The notes beneath the pieces are model-generated. The model was not told the origin of the DNA. It made no database searches and saw only the letters and a list, made by a program, of their open reading frames with translations. The translations under genes were made by a program, and so were the position numbers. This document shows positions 1-13,224 of a stretch of DNA of 64,000 nucleotides, piece by piece. The stretch's first letter is position 1. Each line of letters starts with the position of its first letter. This stretch comes from Strigamia acuminata (Eukaryota), in NCBI GenBank assembly GCA_949358305.1, contig OX442314.1, positions 20,708,001 through 20,772,000 of the forward strand, written 5' to 3'.

Positions 1-2037
1 TTCAAATTTCACAGTGCTTCGCCCTCGTTTCAACTCGAATCGCTATACATCACAGGAAATTTAGCCGGAATTTAACACCAACTGGAGCGCGAGGAGAAAC
101 GAGCAGACATCGGTATGGATTGATACCGTTCCTGATTTGTAAGTCAATGGGGTATTAATTCAACACTTTAGCAGTGTCAGTGTACACTGCAGGCATCAAT
201 AAAACAGATCAAGGCGCAACCTTCTACGACTCAACAAGATCCTTAATGAGAACCACCCGCGAGAGTAGCAACAACTGAGCCAATCACCTTCAACTTGTCC
301 ATTGCCTAATTTACTCATCGCCCGCGACACTTTAATGTAAACTGTTGTTCTTTTCACGCGCATTGCGAATTTGTAAGCTTCAAATTCACCTTTTACCCTT
401 TGGCAGATCGACATGCTGCAATGGACAAATTACTCACAAATTCTTCACATTGATGTCACAGCCCGAGTCGGTTCGACATCTATTTTGGAAACGCGCGCAG
501 CTTCCAAAAGCAATACCCAATTAACTCGCAAGATAAGATAACATATGCATTGGTTTCAAAAATTACCATTCACGAATAACTCGTCGTAATTTTAATACCA
601 AAGATAAAATTCACAAAATTAAATTATGATAAGCATCGAGGTTATTATCATTATAATCTCTTTAATAACTTATAACTTAATATTCTCAATTTGCAAACGT
701 AAGTTGTTACTTTTCAGCTCAACGGTAATAGGATTTCGTCGAGGAATCCATTATGTATTAACAAAAAGGGCACACACTAATATATGCCCACTAATGACTA
801 CTAAGCTTACAATGTTTTGTATAATGTTATAATCGTTCAACATTTTTATAAGTTACTGCATACTAAAATATCACCAATTGAAAAAAAACTGCTTATAATG
901 GTTATAAATTCGAAAATAAAATGAATAATGATTATAATAATAATAATAATAAGCGATACAAGATAAGAAAGCTCTAAATTGGTCTATTCACACTTGTTCT
1001 GTTTTGGAAACCACACTTTTACCGTTTGTCATGCTATTTTGTCATTTATAGTAAAACTCTATTGCACAAAGGGCTCAATTGGCACGCGAAAATATAATTT
1101 TAGACCCCCGTATTACTGTGAACCGGCCATTATAGTGCAAAATATGCAATAAAATACAAACTCAATTGGTATTTTACAGTCATTTTATCCCTTTTCAAAC
1201 TTTTTTACAACTAGACTTCTCATGCTGCAGCTGAAGCGTGCAGGTAAGTTCACTCGCTGCCCCTGGAACCAACCAAGAATTCCAAACAACTCTTCTACTT
1301 CCTCTAGATAACATTTTGATTCTTACTATCCTCAAAAAAAAAATACAACAAAATTAAATCTTTCCAAACAAACAATTGGTATTTAGTTCTAACAATTAGC
1401 AGCTAGGAATTTTTCACGAGCATGTGGTAAGTCTTGACACAGCAAACGAAAAAAGATGGCAAGAGCTGGAAGAAAACAGAAAAAACGGGAGGCGGATTCT
1501 ATTCTGTAATAAATTACTCGCACGTCCCCACCTAAGAAAACATAATTAAAATTTAGCAGAGCATAAAATTTATTTCTTTGCAAGGTATACTGAACAAGTA
1601 ATTAGCATCTATAGATCCATAAATTATTTTCATCAAACTAAATTAGCTGCCTTAAAACCCCCACAAATTTCAATTACTTCTGCCTAAACGACAGCACTGT
1701 TTCTCAGTTCTCATCAATAATATAAAACCACCCTACCTTCAGTAAGTAGTGAAATTTTATATTGGCTAAAGGTGTGCTTGTATAGTCACTAAGCAATCCC
1801 AAGTGGACCAGTTTGAAATCGAAGCAGGTGCACTGCTGTTTCCATAGAGTTGTGCAAAATATTTACACTGTCCTCCACGCATAAAGTCAACAATGAATAA
1901 TGTTTCAGTCCGCAGTCACAATGGATAAATAAAAATGAACTCAGCTGGGCTTTTCCATGCCCAATAAATTCGAACACGTTACACCTTGACAGTAAGCAGA
2001 CTTTTTACCAATTTTCCTCTTGTTTGTTTTTTTCCCC

Positions 2038-2057
2038 CTCTCTCTCTCTCTCTCTCT
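2038..2057. repeat. (CT)n microsatellite
   Basis: About ten CT units read directly. Confidence 0.9.
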
Positions 2058-2885
2058 TTCACTGACTCGAGCACTCAATTCACGCCCTGATGAAAATTAC
2101 ATCGATAAAGACTTACTAACTTTCCTACCAAGCAAACACAGTGAAAGACACTTCATTTAAACCTATTCCCCCCGCACGAGCGTCACCTTTACAAAATTAA
2201 ACTAAAAAAAAAAATTTCTTTTTAAGAAAAAAAAATATCAAAGACTGGGATTAACTTTTTTTAAAAAAAAAAAAATCAATTACTAAGGAAAATCTCAAAT
2301 TCGTTTAGTTATTTTACTTTACTGCGCAAGGCATTGCTTATCTTCCGTCTTGTATTGTTTGATTCCAAACTAAAGAACAATATAATTCATTTTTATAAGA
2401 AAGAAGTGCAGTACTAGTCAACAATGAACTGTTTACTTTTAATTCGAATTGTATGGTGAGTTTTTGGAACAACAAGGTTCTTTTTCTGAGATAAACAATT
2501 TCAGAACATTAAAGTTTATTTTCCAGTTGCTATGTACTGTATGTGGTTGTCACATGTTCAATTTCCAGCCTACTTCTTGTTTACTATGAACGAAAATGGC
2601 AAACTGACAAAAACAACACGTATGGGTTTTATATTTCATTGTGTGACACTGGTGACTAATGCACGAAACTCCTTGCAGTGAAAATTCAAACCCCCCACAG
2701 AAACGGAATGCCGACAAACAAACCTGTCCATTAAGACTTTTTCAATTACTCTATTTTGTAAACAAGGTATAAACTTACCAAATTGCCCTTAGTTTCGCTC
2801 TAAACTTTATTTTCCAATTAACTTCAAGAATAAACTTTAAAACTAATCAGAAATTAATGATTTCTCAATGACTTTGCACATTGTG

Positions 2886-3035
2886 AGTCAGTTACGAACG
2901 TGCATGTTAGAAAACAGCGAAAGACTGATTTATTCCAGATCAAACAAGATGGTGAACAATCGAGGTTTTCGGGAGCCAATCCGTAAACCCCTTACACTAA
3001 CGGAGTGCCCCCTTACGGTAGGGAGTGGACTGAAG
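2886..3035 (+). repeat. Dispersed repeat family C, uninterrupted copy
   Basis: AGTCAGTTACGAACGTGCATGTTAGAAAACAGCGAAAGACTGATTTATT...CAAGATGG...AATCCGTAAACCCCTTAC...TGCCCCCTTACG aligns by eye with 31973-31995 joined to 32564-32690. Confidence 0.85.
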
Positions 3036-6000
3036 GCAGGGGTCAAAGTCCGGTGCCCGAGAGTCACACATCTTTTTCAAAGAATTCAATGACAATTCAT
3101 TATCTCTAGTGACGCAACTGTAAATCCCTTTCTATTGACTTAAACATAAAAAAAAATCCAATATACCATAAAACCATCAAATTACCGTAAATACACTATA
3201 AAGTTTCCTCATAATAGAATTCTTAACCAAATATTATATCACGAAACAGTAAAAAAAAAAATTAAATAAATAAATAAATAAAAATAAAAATAAAAAACGA
3301 GGTTAAAACAACTTTAAAAAAATCAATTAAAACTTTCCAAGAAACTCTTTTTTCCTCTATTTAAACGCAATACAAACATATATATAACGAAACCAAACTA
3401 ACACGGTATATTCATGACAAGTGTGAATAGCTAAACAGCTTAAAGAGCGAAAAATCAATTTACTAAATAAAATATGAACACGAAAGTGAGGCTATATGAG
3501 CATTTTGCTGGTGCATGTCATTATGTCAAATGTCACTATTGAATTTCTGCTTTGTATGATATCCTTAAGTTACTTTTCCCTAAGTTACAGACTTCCTAAT
3601 ACAGTGGAGGTTTTCTTTTTTCTACACTAGTTGTTGTTGCTCTTAAATGTTCCCTTGACAAGAATATAAGTTCATGTTTGTTCTGTTAAATTGCTTATTT
3701 ATTCAACGCGATTTCTAGCCAACAATTCCGGTAGAAAAACAAGATGAAAATTTAATGTGTTAACTAAGCTCGCATTTCGTACGGCAACATCCACGTTTAT
3801 TGATGAAAAATGGTCGGTGATGCGTATAAACACATTAATACACGTGTTGTGCCAGTCTTTCATCCGTGTCACTCATTTTTACTTACAAGATAAATTGCTA
3901 TTTTAATGGATCTATTTATCAATCTCAAATGGCAGGCGAAAGAGAAGCAGTTTGCGTTAAAACTCGAAAATTTATTTCCAACCGTCATAAAATGGTCAAA
4001 AACTGTTAAAGCAATAGTAATCTAAATGCTAATATCAAATAAAAGTGAATATGAACCCACTTAACACATAATGAGCACGATTTAAAGCTGCGATAATATA
4101 AAGATGAATACGATACCACTTTCTTATTTTTTCCTATTTTTTTCCAAAACAAAAAAAAAAAAATTAAAAAACTTTATCCAAAAAAAAGTCGATTTCAACT
4201 CCAAAGTATCGATAAAATATCGATAATTACCAGAAAATCACATTTGTCACGTCCCGAAAACCCATTTCAATTTCACCAACTTAGCCAACCCCAACCCTGC
4301 TGCCTAAAATCGAACTTTAATTCAATAAAATGACTCACACCACCCCGCAAAATCGATGAAACATCAATCGATTCTCACCAATGTAACTACACAACCCGAC
4401 TTTGAAATCCACACATCCTCATTTATATTGCTTGAAACTCAATTCCCTCCTAAACAGCATATTGAGAACTAGAATAGAATCCCCTCCTTCTATTTCAACA
4501 AACTCAAAACATTCAGTAATCACAATCAATCTCTCTCTCCTATTTCCCTTCCTTCCTCTTCCTAAAATACTAACCTCCCTTGTCCTCTCCTCTCCATACA
4601 CGACCTCAGCTGCATCTTCCATTCAGACTTCATTTATAGCTCATTGGTTCATGATAACAGGAACCGGACTGTGGCAAAGAGAAGTTATAGCATCTCAGGT
4701 GAAGGGCCCACTCCATCACGAAGGAAAAATCGTGCTGGCAAAGAGCAAAGACCAAGCCAAATAGCACCCGCGACTGATAACCGCAGATAGAAGTTCTATT
4801 AGAACCTCGACAAAAAAAAAATTAATCTTCCACCCAATTTTGGATATGTGAAGCTAAGTACAGTTAGAAAAGGTGACACACGCAATAGAATCTTAGGGCC
4901 ACTAATCCGTCGTCAAACCATGAAAAGGGCATCCGAAACGACCGTCTAATATCAAAAAAGGAGGAAGGAAAAGATGAAAAAAAAAGGAAAGAAAGAGATG
5001 AGCGCTTTTGTGTTGTCACAGGATGAGGATGAACGGGGCTTTTGGTTTGGTGGACACAATGGCCATCATCTGCTGCGACATTGATCAACGTGCAGCAATT
5101 GAAATGGCTGCTTCGCTGCCTAAACCCTCACCATCAATCAACTAAAGATGTGTTGAGTTAGTGCGCATAACTCATACGAATTAAATATATATATTTCAAC
5201 GCGATTCAATTAATGCTTATCATTTGAAAACACGCCGAATCCTAGTGTGCATTTCGTTGTAAAGTACAAAATCAACAATCAACAACACGTGAAATCTAAT
5301 TTTTCATTTTCATCAATTGTTGTCCAAACATTCCAAAAATGGCCGCCAGCACATTTACTGCGCTCGGTCAGATTCGACTGAAATCCGAGCAGTTTTAAAG
5401 CGCTTTGGCGCAAATAAATGCGAGAAATATGCAAAATTATTCAGTAATCTCTGTCTTTATGACCGTCATAATCTATTATCCACTTATAATCCGCAAGATT
5501 TTATCAACTAAGTTATTACGTTTTAAAATAACGTGAGCAGAGGAATAACAATTTGTGATAAATCTCTGTAGACCATTAAACAATCTCTCGTACACAATGG
5601 TGGCGGTATTTATCAAAATAACTCCACACAATATTTTTGCACTTATTTATTGCTAAACGGTCCGCTTGCGGCGCTTCATGTGCTAAATGGCGAGTTCAAA
5701 TGTGATCTTTTAGAAACAGAAAATAAAGTCACCTCTCATCTATATGTCCACACTGAATAGGACTAATAACAATCCTCAATGGAAGCGAGTTAAACCCACG
5801 TGTATGCTCAAAATCCACGAACCGCTGCATTATTGTAATAGAACGTTAAATGCTTTTGATAGGTTTCTGTTATTAATTCATGATAAATCTTATTAACTCT
5901 TCACAGCGTCAAACAACATTACTTAGAATTCAGTTCATTTCAATTTCCTAAAACTAGTCGTCGTTCGTACAAAATGCGGCATAAAATTTGTGACATAAAT

Positions 6001-9000
6001 AATCAAAAACTCAACATTAAGAATTAATGAAGTCCAACGAAGTACATCACAGTTTTGCATCGATTAAAAGCGCGACGCAAGAGCAAATAATGAGGACTTT
6101 GCAAAACACGATTTAAGTATATATTTATGGCTTTTTCTGAAAAATCTCCCATTCTAAAGCATTTAAATCTGTAATCTATACATTAATTTGCTAGCACTAG
6201 CCCAGAACCAATTAAAAAAAACTGTTTCTCTATTTTTCATTTAAAATTCAGAAACAAAACTTTTCGACCTTATCAGTCATCAGATTTAACACTTTTTTCC
6301 GCATAACCCTTCGACCTTTAAACTGTCGCAATGCAAGATGCTTATTAAAAATGCCTCATCTTTTTTTCCCACTATTTTAATCACACGTGCACTACAAGCA
6401 CACATGTAGGTGGAATGTTTAACACCTAGCTTTAAAAAGGTCATAGTTTAACTGCAACATTATTGTGTACTTTTTCTTTTTTAAAGAACAGTTGTCCCTT
6501 TAATAAGAAGTCCACTGCATGCTGCAGACATAAAAGGGTCGAAGGGCTCTGGGCACAAAAATGATGAAACCTGATAAGCCTATTTTCTACAATTTAAATG
6601 GAACAAATTTCATTAAAGCAAAGAAAAACTGCCAGACAGTACTACGTACAAACATGAGAAATCTTTTTTCTCCAGACATTTTCCACATTTTCCACGACAT
6701 CTCAATCTTTAATCACAACTCAAAAAAAAAAAATTCTTTCAACTCAAATTCAACAAACTTTCCACCGCTTCCATTTTTCTTTTCCGGCGAATCTGGCATC
6801 GACTTCGGTTGACAAAACTGCCGAATGGCAATTCGATTAAGCTCGCGATTCCTGTCATCCTCTAGCCGAGTCATAGATGCAACACGGAGGTTTTTTGGCT
6901 CGCCTTGCCTTCTTCATCAAAGAAGAAGGCGAGAAGTGCATTTTAGATTCACTGCTCCTCCCCCATCCGTCTCACACACTCTCTCTCTCTTGTGGTACCC
7001 ACCAATCTCTCATGCCTATCTGCACTCGGAGACCCTAGCGTTCTATAATGCATCACCATCAAATCTTGCCATCTTAATTCACAAAATAAAAAAGAGAGCG
7101 ATACATCACAAACAAATAAAGAAACAAATTCAATTTTCACTTTTATACACAAAAATAGTAATAACAAACGTAAATAATCCTTAGCACCAACAGCTACTAA
7201 TAAAAATGGAATCTTATTAAATAAATACTACATCAGCACTACCACTAATCAGCTTTAAGGCAATAAATCTCGGGGGAATCTTGACACAAGATACAGGACA
7301 TCAATAATTCGATATATTGTTCCATGCATCGTCCTGGAGAAAACTTATCTACTCACTGAAACATCAGATGATGTATGGGAGGAAGTTATCAGTGAACAAT
7401 GACACCTACAGCAGTTTAGAATTAAAGCATTCCATTCTATCATTCCCAAATTCCACTCTGCTAGCGACTGAAAAATCCCAATTCCTAAGTCGGACTTTAA
7501 TACAAACGTTTTTTTGTATTACCGGTTGAGTTGACGATTTAATTTGATCCAAGATGTCAACGATTTTTTTAGTGTATTCACCCATAGCTCTATATTAAAA
7601 GCTGAACAAACTACTACATTTAATTGAATATTGCCTTTTATGGCCGAATTCCAATTATTGACCATTAAAGACTCATTGTATGTTTTCCTAATTAAAAAGT
7701 AATTCACCCGAGTCTTCATGAAAAATCAGTTGACGTCTAATTAAATTTTTGTCCCTCACATTTTCAATATCCTCTTGATTAGTCAAATATTAATTTTGTA
7801 TAAAAAATAATCGTTTTATTCAATAAAAAAGATAGAATTGAATTAAATGTGCATAAAATGCAAACAAATATATGCCATGATAAATACTATTGAAATAAAA
7901 TCGATATCCTCTTTACTTTCTGTCAAAGTTCTTATATCTGCCAACCATGAAATAAGCCTAGAGTGCACTGAAAAGAGGCAGATCTATTAACATTGAAAAA
8001 TGTCAGTTAAAAAAGTTGACTATGGTAATTTAAGATACGGTAAGAAAAAAAAATTGTCCTTTAAATCATTCCCGAGCCCACTATTCATTTGTTTAATACT
8101 TTAAGCTTTTTACTTAAAATCTTTAATACTTTATAGGTTTGTGCGTACCTATACTTCTAAACCTATGCATTCATAGAAGTTTTACGAATAATCTTTTGTA
8201 AATTAATTTTAAATTCACTGAATTTCTATTTAATATAACCAGTTATCCAACTCAATGCTTTCAATACTTTAATTATGTATGCGCAGTACCGAAATGCAAT
8301 TATTCTGTGGAAACTAGATAATTATTTCACTTCAAGTCGTCATTTAATAACCTTTAGAACGAGCTTCCATCAACCAAGTGAATCACATTAATATTTTAAT
8401 ATTATTTCATTTTATAGAAACAAAATAAAAAATAAATAAAAAATAAATAAAATCCTGAGGTCAAAAAATGAGTTCGAAAAATCCCAATCGAAGAAATAAT
8501 TTAAATTCTCAACTCTGATTAATCAGTCATTATTTCTCCATTATTTATCATATTCCCAGAACTGCAAAGAGCCGAACAGACACCACAGGAAATAGCAGTT
8601 TTGTAGAAGGCAATGTTGGATGCATGGTGTTTGTTAAGTGTTGATTGGGAAGTGTGTTAACAGTAACGATGGGAGAAAGAGAAAAAAAAGTTGTGCAAAG
8701 CTGGGACCAATCTGGTAGAGAGGTATTCAATCTATTATCCGATCAGTTCAATACCCCATGTCGCCAGTGCCGAACACAACCTTTCCATTTCGCTTTGGTA
8801 CATTGATACAGCACGTATACTTGCTATCTCTTTATCAAATAAAAGAAGAGCAAAGTGGCAAGAGAAAAACGCTGTTAACAGCCGCAGAACTTGAACAAAT
8901 TTAATTTTGTTCCCAACCATAAAAAATATTTTTCAAAAAAAAAATTCCTTTCCAATCCCCGTTCCCGTTTCCAACTTTAAAAATCATTTCGCAAGAATTA

Positions 9001-9373
9001 TTCTAACATTTACATCCGAAAAAACGAGACGCTCCTATTTTTATCTAAAAAATAAACATAATATGTAATTTAATTTAAGAAACTACTCGGCAACAAAAAA
9101 GTGTTGCTAGGCATTCTTCTGATCTTCCGTCTAGCCTAGATTGAAAAACAACATTTTATCATTTAATTCAATCTGTATTGTTTACGATTTGAATATGGTA
9201 GAAGACAATATTCAATAATTTCATTTTTTTCAATTTTTTTCTTACCTGGTCTTGAGACCATGATAAAGTTGATTATTTTTAGAACTGGGTGTGTTTGCCG
9301 GATTGTGATGTTTAATGTCGCCATCACACCCGCATGACAGTTACGAGCTCGCAATATACGTGTTCTGTTGGGA

Positions 9374-9460
9374 GTCCCGGATAGAATAGTGGTTTAATCG
9401 TGGGTTTAATGCACCTGACCAGCAATAAGGAAACTGTTGGTTCGAATCCCAGTCCTGAAT
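9374..9460 (+). mobile_element. Degenerate tRNA-derived SINE head or tRNA pseudogene
   Basis: Pol III B-box GGTTCGAATCC at 9439-9449, with an A-box-like TAGAATAGTGG about 55 nt upstream; no convincing cloverleaf. Confidence 0.4.
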
Positions 9461-9564
9461 TCCTCTCAATCCAGACTGTTCATCTTCCCTCTATCAATAT
9501 ATGTGGACAATGGTCATTGATCTCTTCTATATACAGAAGGCGTATTCATAAAGTCATGTTAAAA

Positions 9565-9682
9565 ATGTTTTTCTGTTTAAACGTCGTGCGCATGTCCACT
9601 GCGACTGAAAACAAACTAAATCTTGAAGTTGGATCGATGAAAAAATGCTATTTAGTCTATATTAGTTTACGAATGCGCCTAC
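9565..9682 (+). repeat. Dispersed repeat family A, copy 1
   Basis: Core GTTTAAAC-GTCGTGCGCATGYCCACTGCGACTGAAAAC--ACTAAATC is shared with copies at about 30.5, 37.2, 39.2 (reverse) and 44.6 kb (reverse). Confidence 0.85.
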
Positions 9683-10757
9683 ATATGTATTTTTATATAT
9701 TTGTATGTATAAAATAAAAAAATAAAAAAATCTTTTAAATTACATTTCAACGTAACGTGCAAAGTGAAAAACGAGTGTGAAAAAGTACAACTTCTTGAAT
9801 ATAATTCGGAGGCAAAAGTGAAAAACTCATTTGAAAGGGAAAATACAATTTACACTTGCATCTGACTGGAATCGAAACATCCTTTCCCTTTCTCTGATGA
9901 CTTCGTGTAGGCAAAACCAGAGAATGATAGATGCACTGCTATGCACTAGAGGACTTGGTGTTGAAAAATGTAACAGAATGGGAGTGATAAACTAGATGCC
10001 ATTCACGCATAAGCAAGGTGAAGACGAGAAGGAAAACAAATCCCTTTCCCAAACCCCAGAAAAATGGGTAATTAAGACAACGAGTAAAATCGTTCATCTG
10101 AAGCATAATGATCATTAAAATGTGACTAGGTTTCATTTCATTTCACTTCTTTTTTCATTCTTGTTTAATGAAATAAAGTTACTTACATTTTTTTCTTCTT
10201 TTTCATTTAGAATTTTTCATTGCTTTCAAATGGTTATTTCATTTGAAAATGTTCGTCTTTTTTTTTTAAGTTTTAGCGTTTTGTATTTTTTCCCCCTTAA
10301 ACCAATGTTGCGTGTGTTCACGCGTTATTTACGCGACAAGAACGAACATTTTTTACATGTTGCCTTACGATCAATATACATTTTGCTCATTTTGTAACAT
10401 GTAATTTTCATTTACTCTTTTTTTCTCCTCAAATTTTTATTTAGAGTAAATATTTTTCTTTGTAATCAAATTGTCATTTAAAAAACAAACACAATCGATA
10501 AACACGACTATTTTAACCATAATTAAAATTTCGCTTCTATACGTTTCTTCTCCAAATTCTCTTCCTAAAACTGCCTAAATTAAAATATTAAAATAAAAAA
10601 ATATAAAAAAAAAATATAAAATAAACTTCAACCCCCCCAAAAAAAATCCTCACTTAACCATAAAAACCAACTGGTTAATTATTCCCTAAAACGCACGCTT
10701 ACACTCACAAATTACCTCACCCCGGCCTAGCAATCTACTTTAATCTCATTACAAACT

Positions 10758-10781
10758 CACACACACACACACACACACACA
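10758..10781. repeat. (CA)n microsatellite
   Basis: About twelve CA units read directly. Confidence 0.9.
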
Positions 10782-13224
10782 TTGTCTTATGCTAATATCC
10801 CCATTTCCTTTTATCTCAACAACAAAAAATAAAAGAAAATAAAAATAAAGTATAACATAGAGCGAGCCAATGCAATGTCCAACTTGAACAGCGTGGCCAA
10901 GTGGACCGGGCATCAAGACCAACATCCGCATCCCCAACATTGCCATCCGAGCTTGATTCCTCTTAAGAGCATAATACAGAAATCAATGAAGAGGGGAAAA
11001 TGTGCTTGCTGCAAAATTGAAGAGCTTTTCCCTCTTTTCAAAAGAGAAAGATAATGATGCCATTCACTAGGGAGGCAGACACCGAGGTCGACTATCCAAT
11101 TATTATTTCCGTCATGCAATCAACACTTCACCGTAGCTATATTTAAAACTCCTATTTCACTTCACCCGCCATCATTTCTCCCCCTGCAAATTTCAACCTT
11201 TGCCAATACTTTATAACAAAATTCCAGGTTTACATATCAGAACCTTGAACGCCCCCTTCGGGCTAAACTGACAAATTTTGTACGATCCAAATGCTATGTT
11301 GCTTGCTCTCATTTTACACGGACCCAGGTATCTGTCCCCTGCAGCTGACAATCACAAAATAGCCTCTAATCAGAAAATCGATAACCTCAGTGTGCCATCT
11401 GAGACAGCAACTCGTGCTGCTGCTGTTTCGCCTCTTGTTATGGAAAAGAAATAGAAATAAAATGTACAAGATTGTTTCCGAATTATTACAGGCTGTTGCT
11501 GCTGCTGCTGCCGCTGCTTTATAATCGTCCCAGAGGACAATACGATTTCCTTTCTAATGGATTTATACAAATGTACTGTAACTTTAGCCTAGAATTATCG
11601 TCAACTATAAATTTCGTGCACAACTAAAGATAATACAAGTGGCAGGCATTTTGCGGAGATTCACGGCATTTTCTAGCTGCACTTTTAAGCATTAGGGATC
11701 TTTTAAAATCAGGTTTCACTCACATTTCTTTACGAATGTGTCGCTATGGAGAGCTCTATAAAACACGTTTAATGTTGCTTTTATGTGGGTTGAAAGTGCA
11801 AAACCACCATTTTATTTGAGAATTACAACTGTGCTAAAGTGGAAGCAGGTCAAGTAATCTCAAGAAATCCCGAGAAATACAATTATTTTAGTAAAAATAA
11901 TAATCATCAAATAAATAAATCATTTATTTTACTTTTACAACATTACTAGGTACCAAATTAAATTAATTCAAATTTCAAATTATTTCCAAACAAGTCTGCA
12001 GTGCTGGGTCATCCTATCTAAGAACCAAACCCCTTCAATGTACACTAACGCAGTGCAGAATCCAACGCTATTTTTCAATCCCTGCATCGAGGCAGGAAAA
12101 ATTTAATTCAAAAGAAGAAAAAACCCCAAAAAAAATTTTTTTCAATGTTCCCTTAGAACAATAAAAGTTGCCAATCATGATCTAATAAATTATTCCAGAC
12201 AATAAATTTCATACCCGTTCTTTTAAAAAGAAACACAAACCCCCAAGACATGCTGTTGACATTATTGCTTTATATTTAATTGGGTTCTTGAAAAAATAAA
12301 AACCAATATTAAACTCGCCTTTAATATTTTCTTCGATCTTCCAGAGCGCCTCATTGCTAACCACAACTTGTTTTCAACAGATATCTAAGACCCCCGCCCC
12401 CCAAAAATAAAAAATTAAAAAATCAATCAACCTTTTGTCACATAATAAATCAATTATTTGATTGATGTGTGACAAGGTCCATGTCGTTTGCCGTCTCTGT
12501 GCGCTTAATTCCCTGTCAGAGAACATTGGATCTCAGAAGCTTTCATTCTATCAAGGTGCGTGATTACACAGGTGTCAAGCATGATAGATACATCCTTTTG
12601 GTAACAGATGGTGAGAAGTTTCCCGAGTGTCACTACAAATATACTCGTGTCAATTAATTATTACTCATTTCAAACCTCCCACCCTCACTCATTAACGAAG
12701 AAAAAAATTTTACTTCTGAAATTGATCTGCAACCAGAAGGAACTAATTATTCAATCACTAAGCCTTGGCAAATTAAAATTTGTCGCAATTTAATAATGAG
12801 AACAAAGGAAAAGAAGAGAATATGCGCCGTTACCACAGCCGTTACATTTAAAAAAAAAATGTGTTCATTTCTTCGAGAGGAAGAAAACTTTCTTCATTTT
12901 CAACAAACATCAACTTTCATAAGAAAAGAAGCTGTTGAAAAAAACATTTTTGGCTTCAATCCAATTCACCAACTTGTCACAATATCAATATTTTTTATTT
13001 ATTTATTATTATTATTAATTTTTTTTGTGAAAAAAAGTTATCTCAAATTCATTTTGTTTGAAAATTGTTATTTTCAGTTTCAATGTGATAAACACCTAAA
13101 TCTTTAAAATTACTTCGAAGAATTTGAGTTTTATAATTTGCTAAAAATAACACCTATTGTAAATGCCTTATAGTCCTATAAGTTTAATAATAAAAATAAA
13201 AATATAAAAAAAAGCCTCAAAATT

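Noticed and set aside
430..520. Minus-strand donor-like TTT|GTGAGTA and a small hairpin TTTTGGAA...TTCCAAAA
   Set aside because: The nearby ATG frame stops after seven codons, the open frame has no ATG, and no good acceptor is present.
1235..1250. Plus-strand GCAG|GTAAGT motifs (also at about 50821)
   Set aside because: No real polypyrimidine tract, opposite to the inferred transcription direction, and no coding-like exon upstream.
8148..8185. TATACTTCTAAACC resembling the HINE subTIR
   Set aside because: No GTCY microsatellite, partner subTIR or 3' stem-loop found.
9241..9354. Minus-strand donor CAG|GTAAGA ending an open frame (…MVSRP)
   Set aside because: Phase 1 for the ATG frame, no promoter or acceptor support, and adjacent to repeats; it cannot be supported, though it is not excluded.
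9374..9460. Functional tRNA gene
   Set aside because: B-box present, but no acceptor stem or cloverleaf could be drawn.
11370..11570. Minus-strand ORF with a short poly-Q
   Set aside because: Simple CAG repeat within low-complexity sequence, non-ATG start, no splice support.
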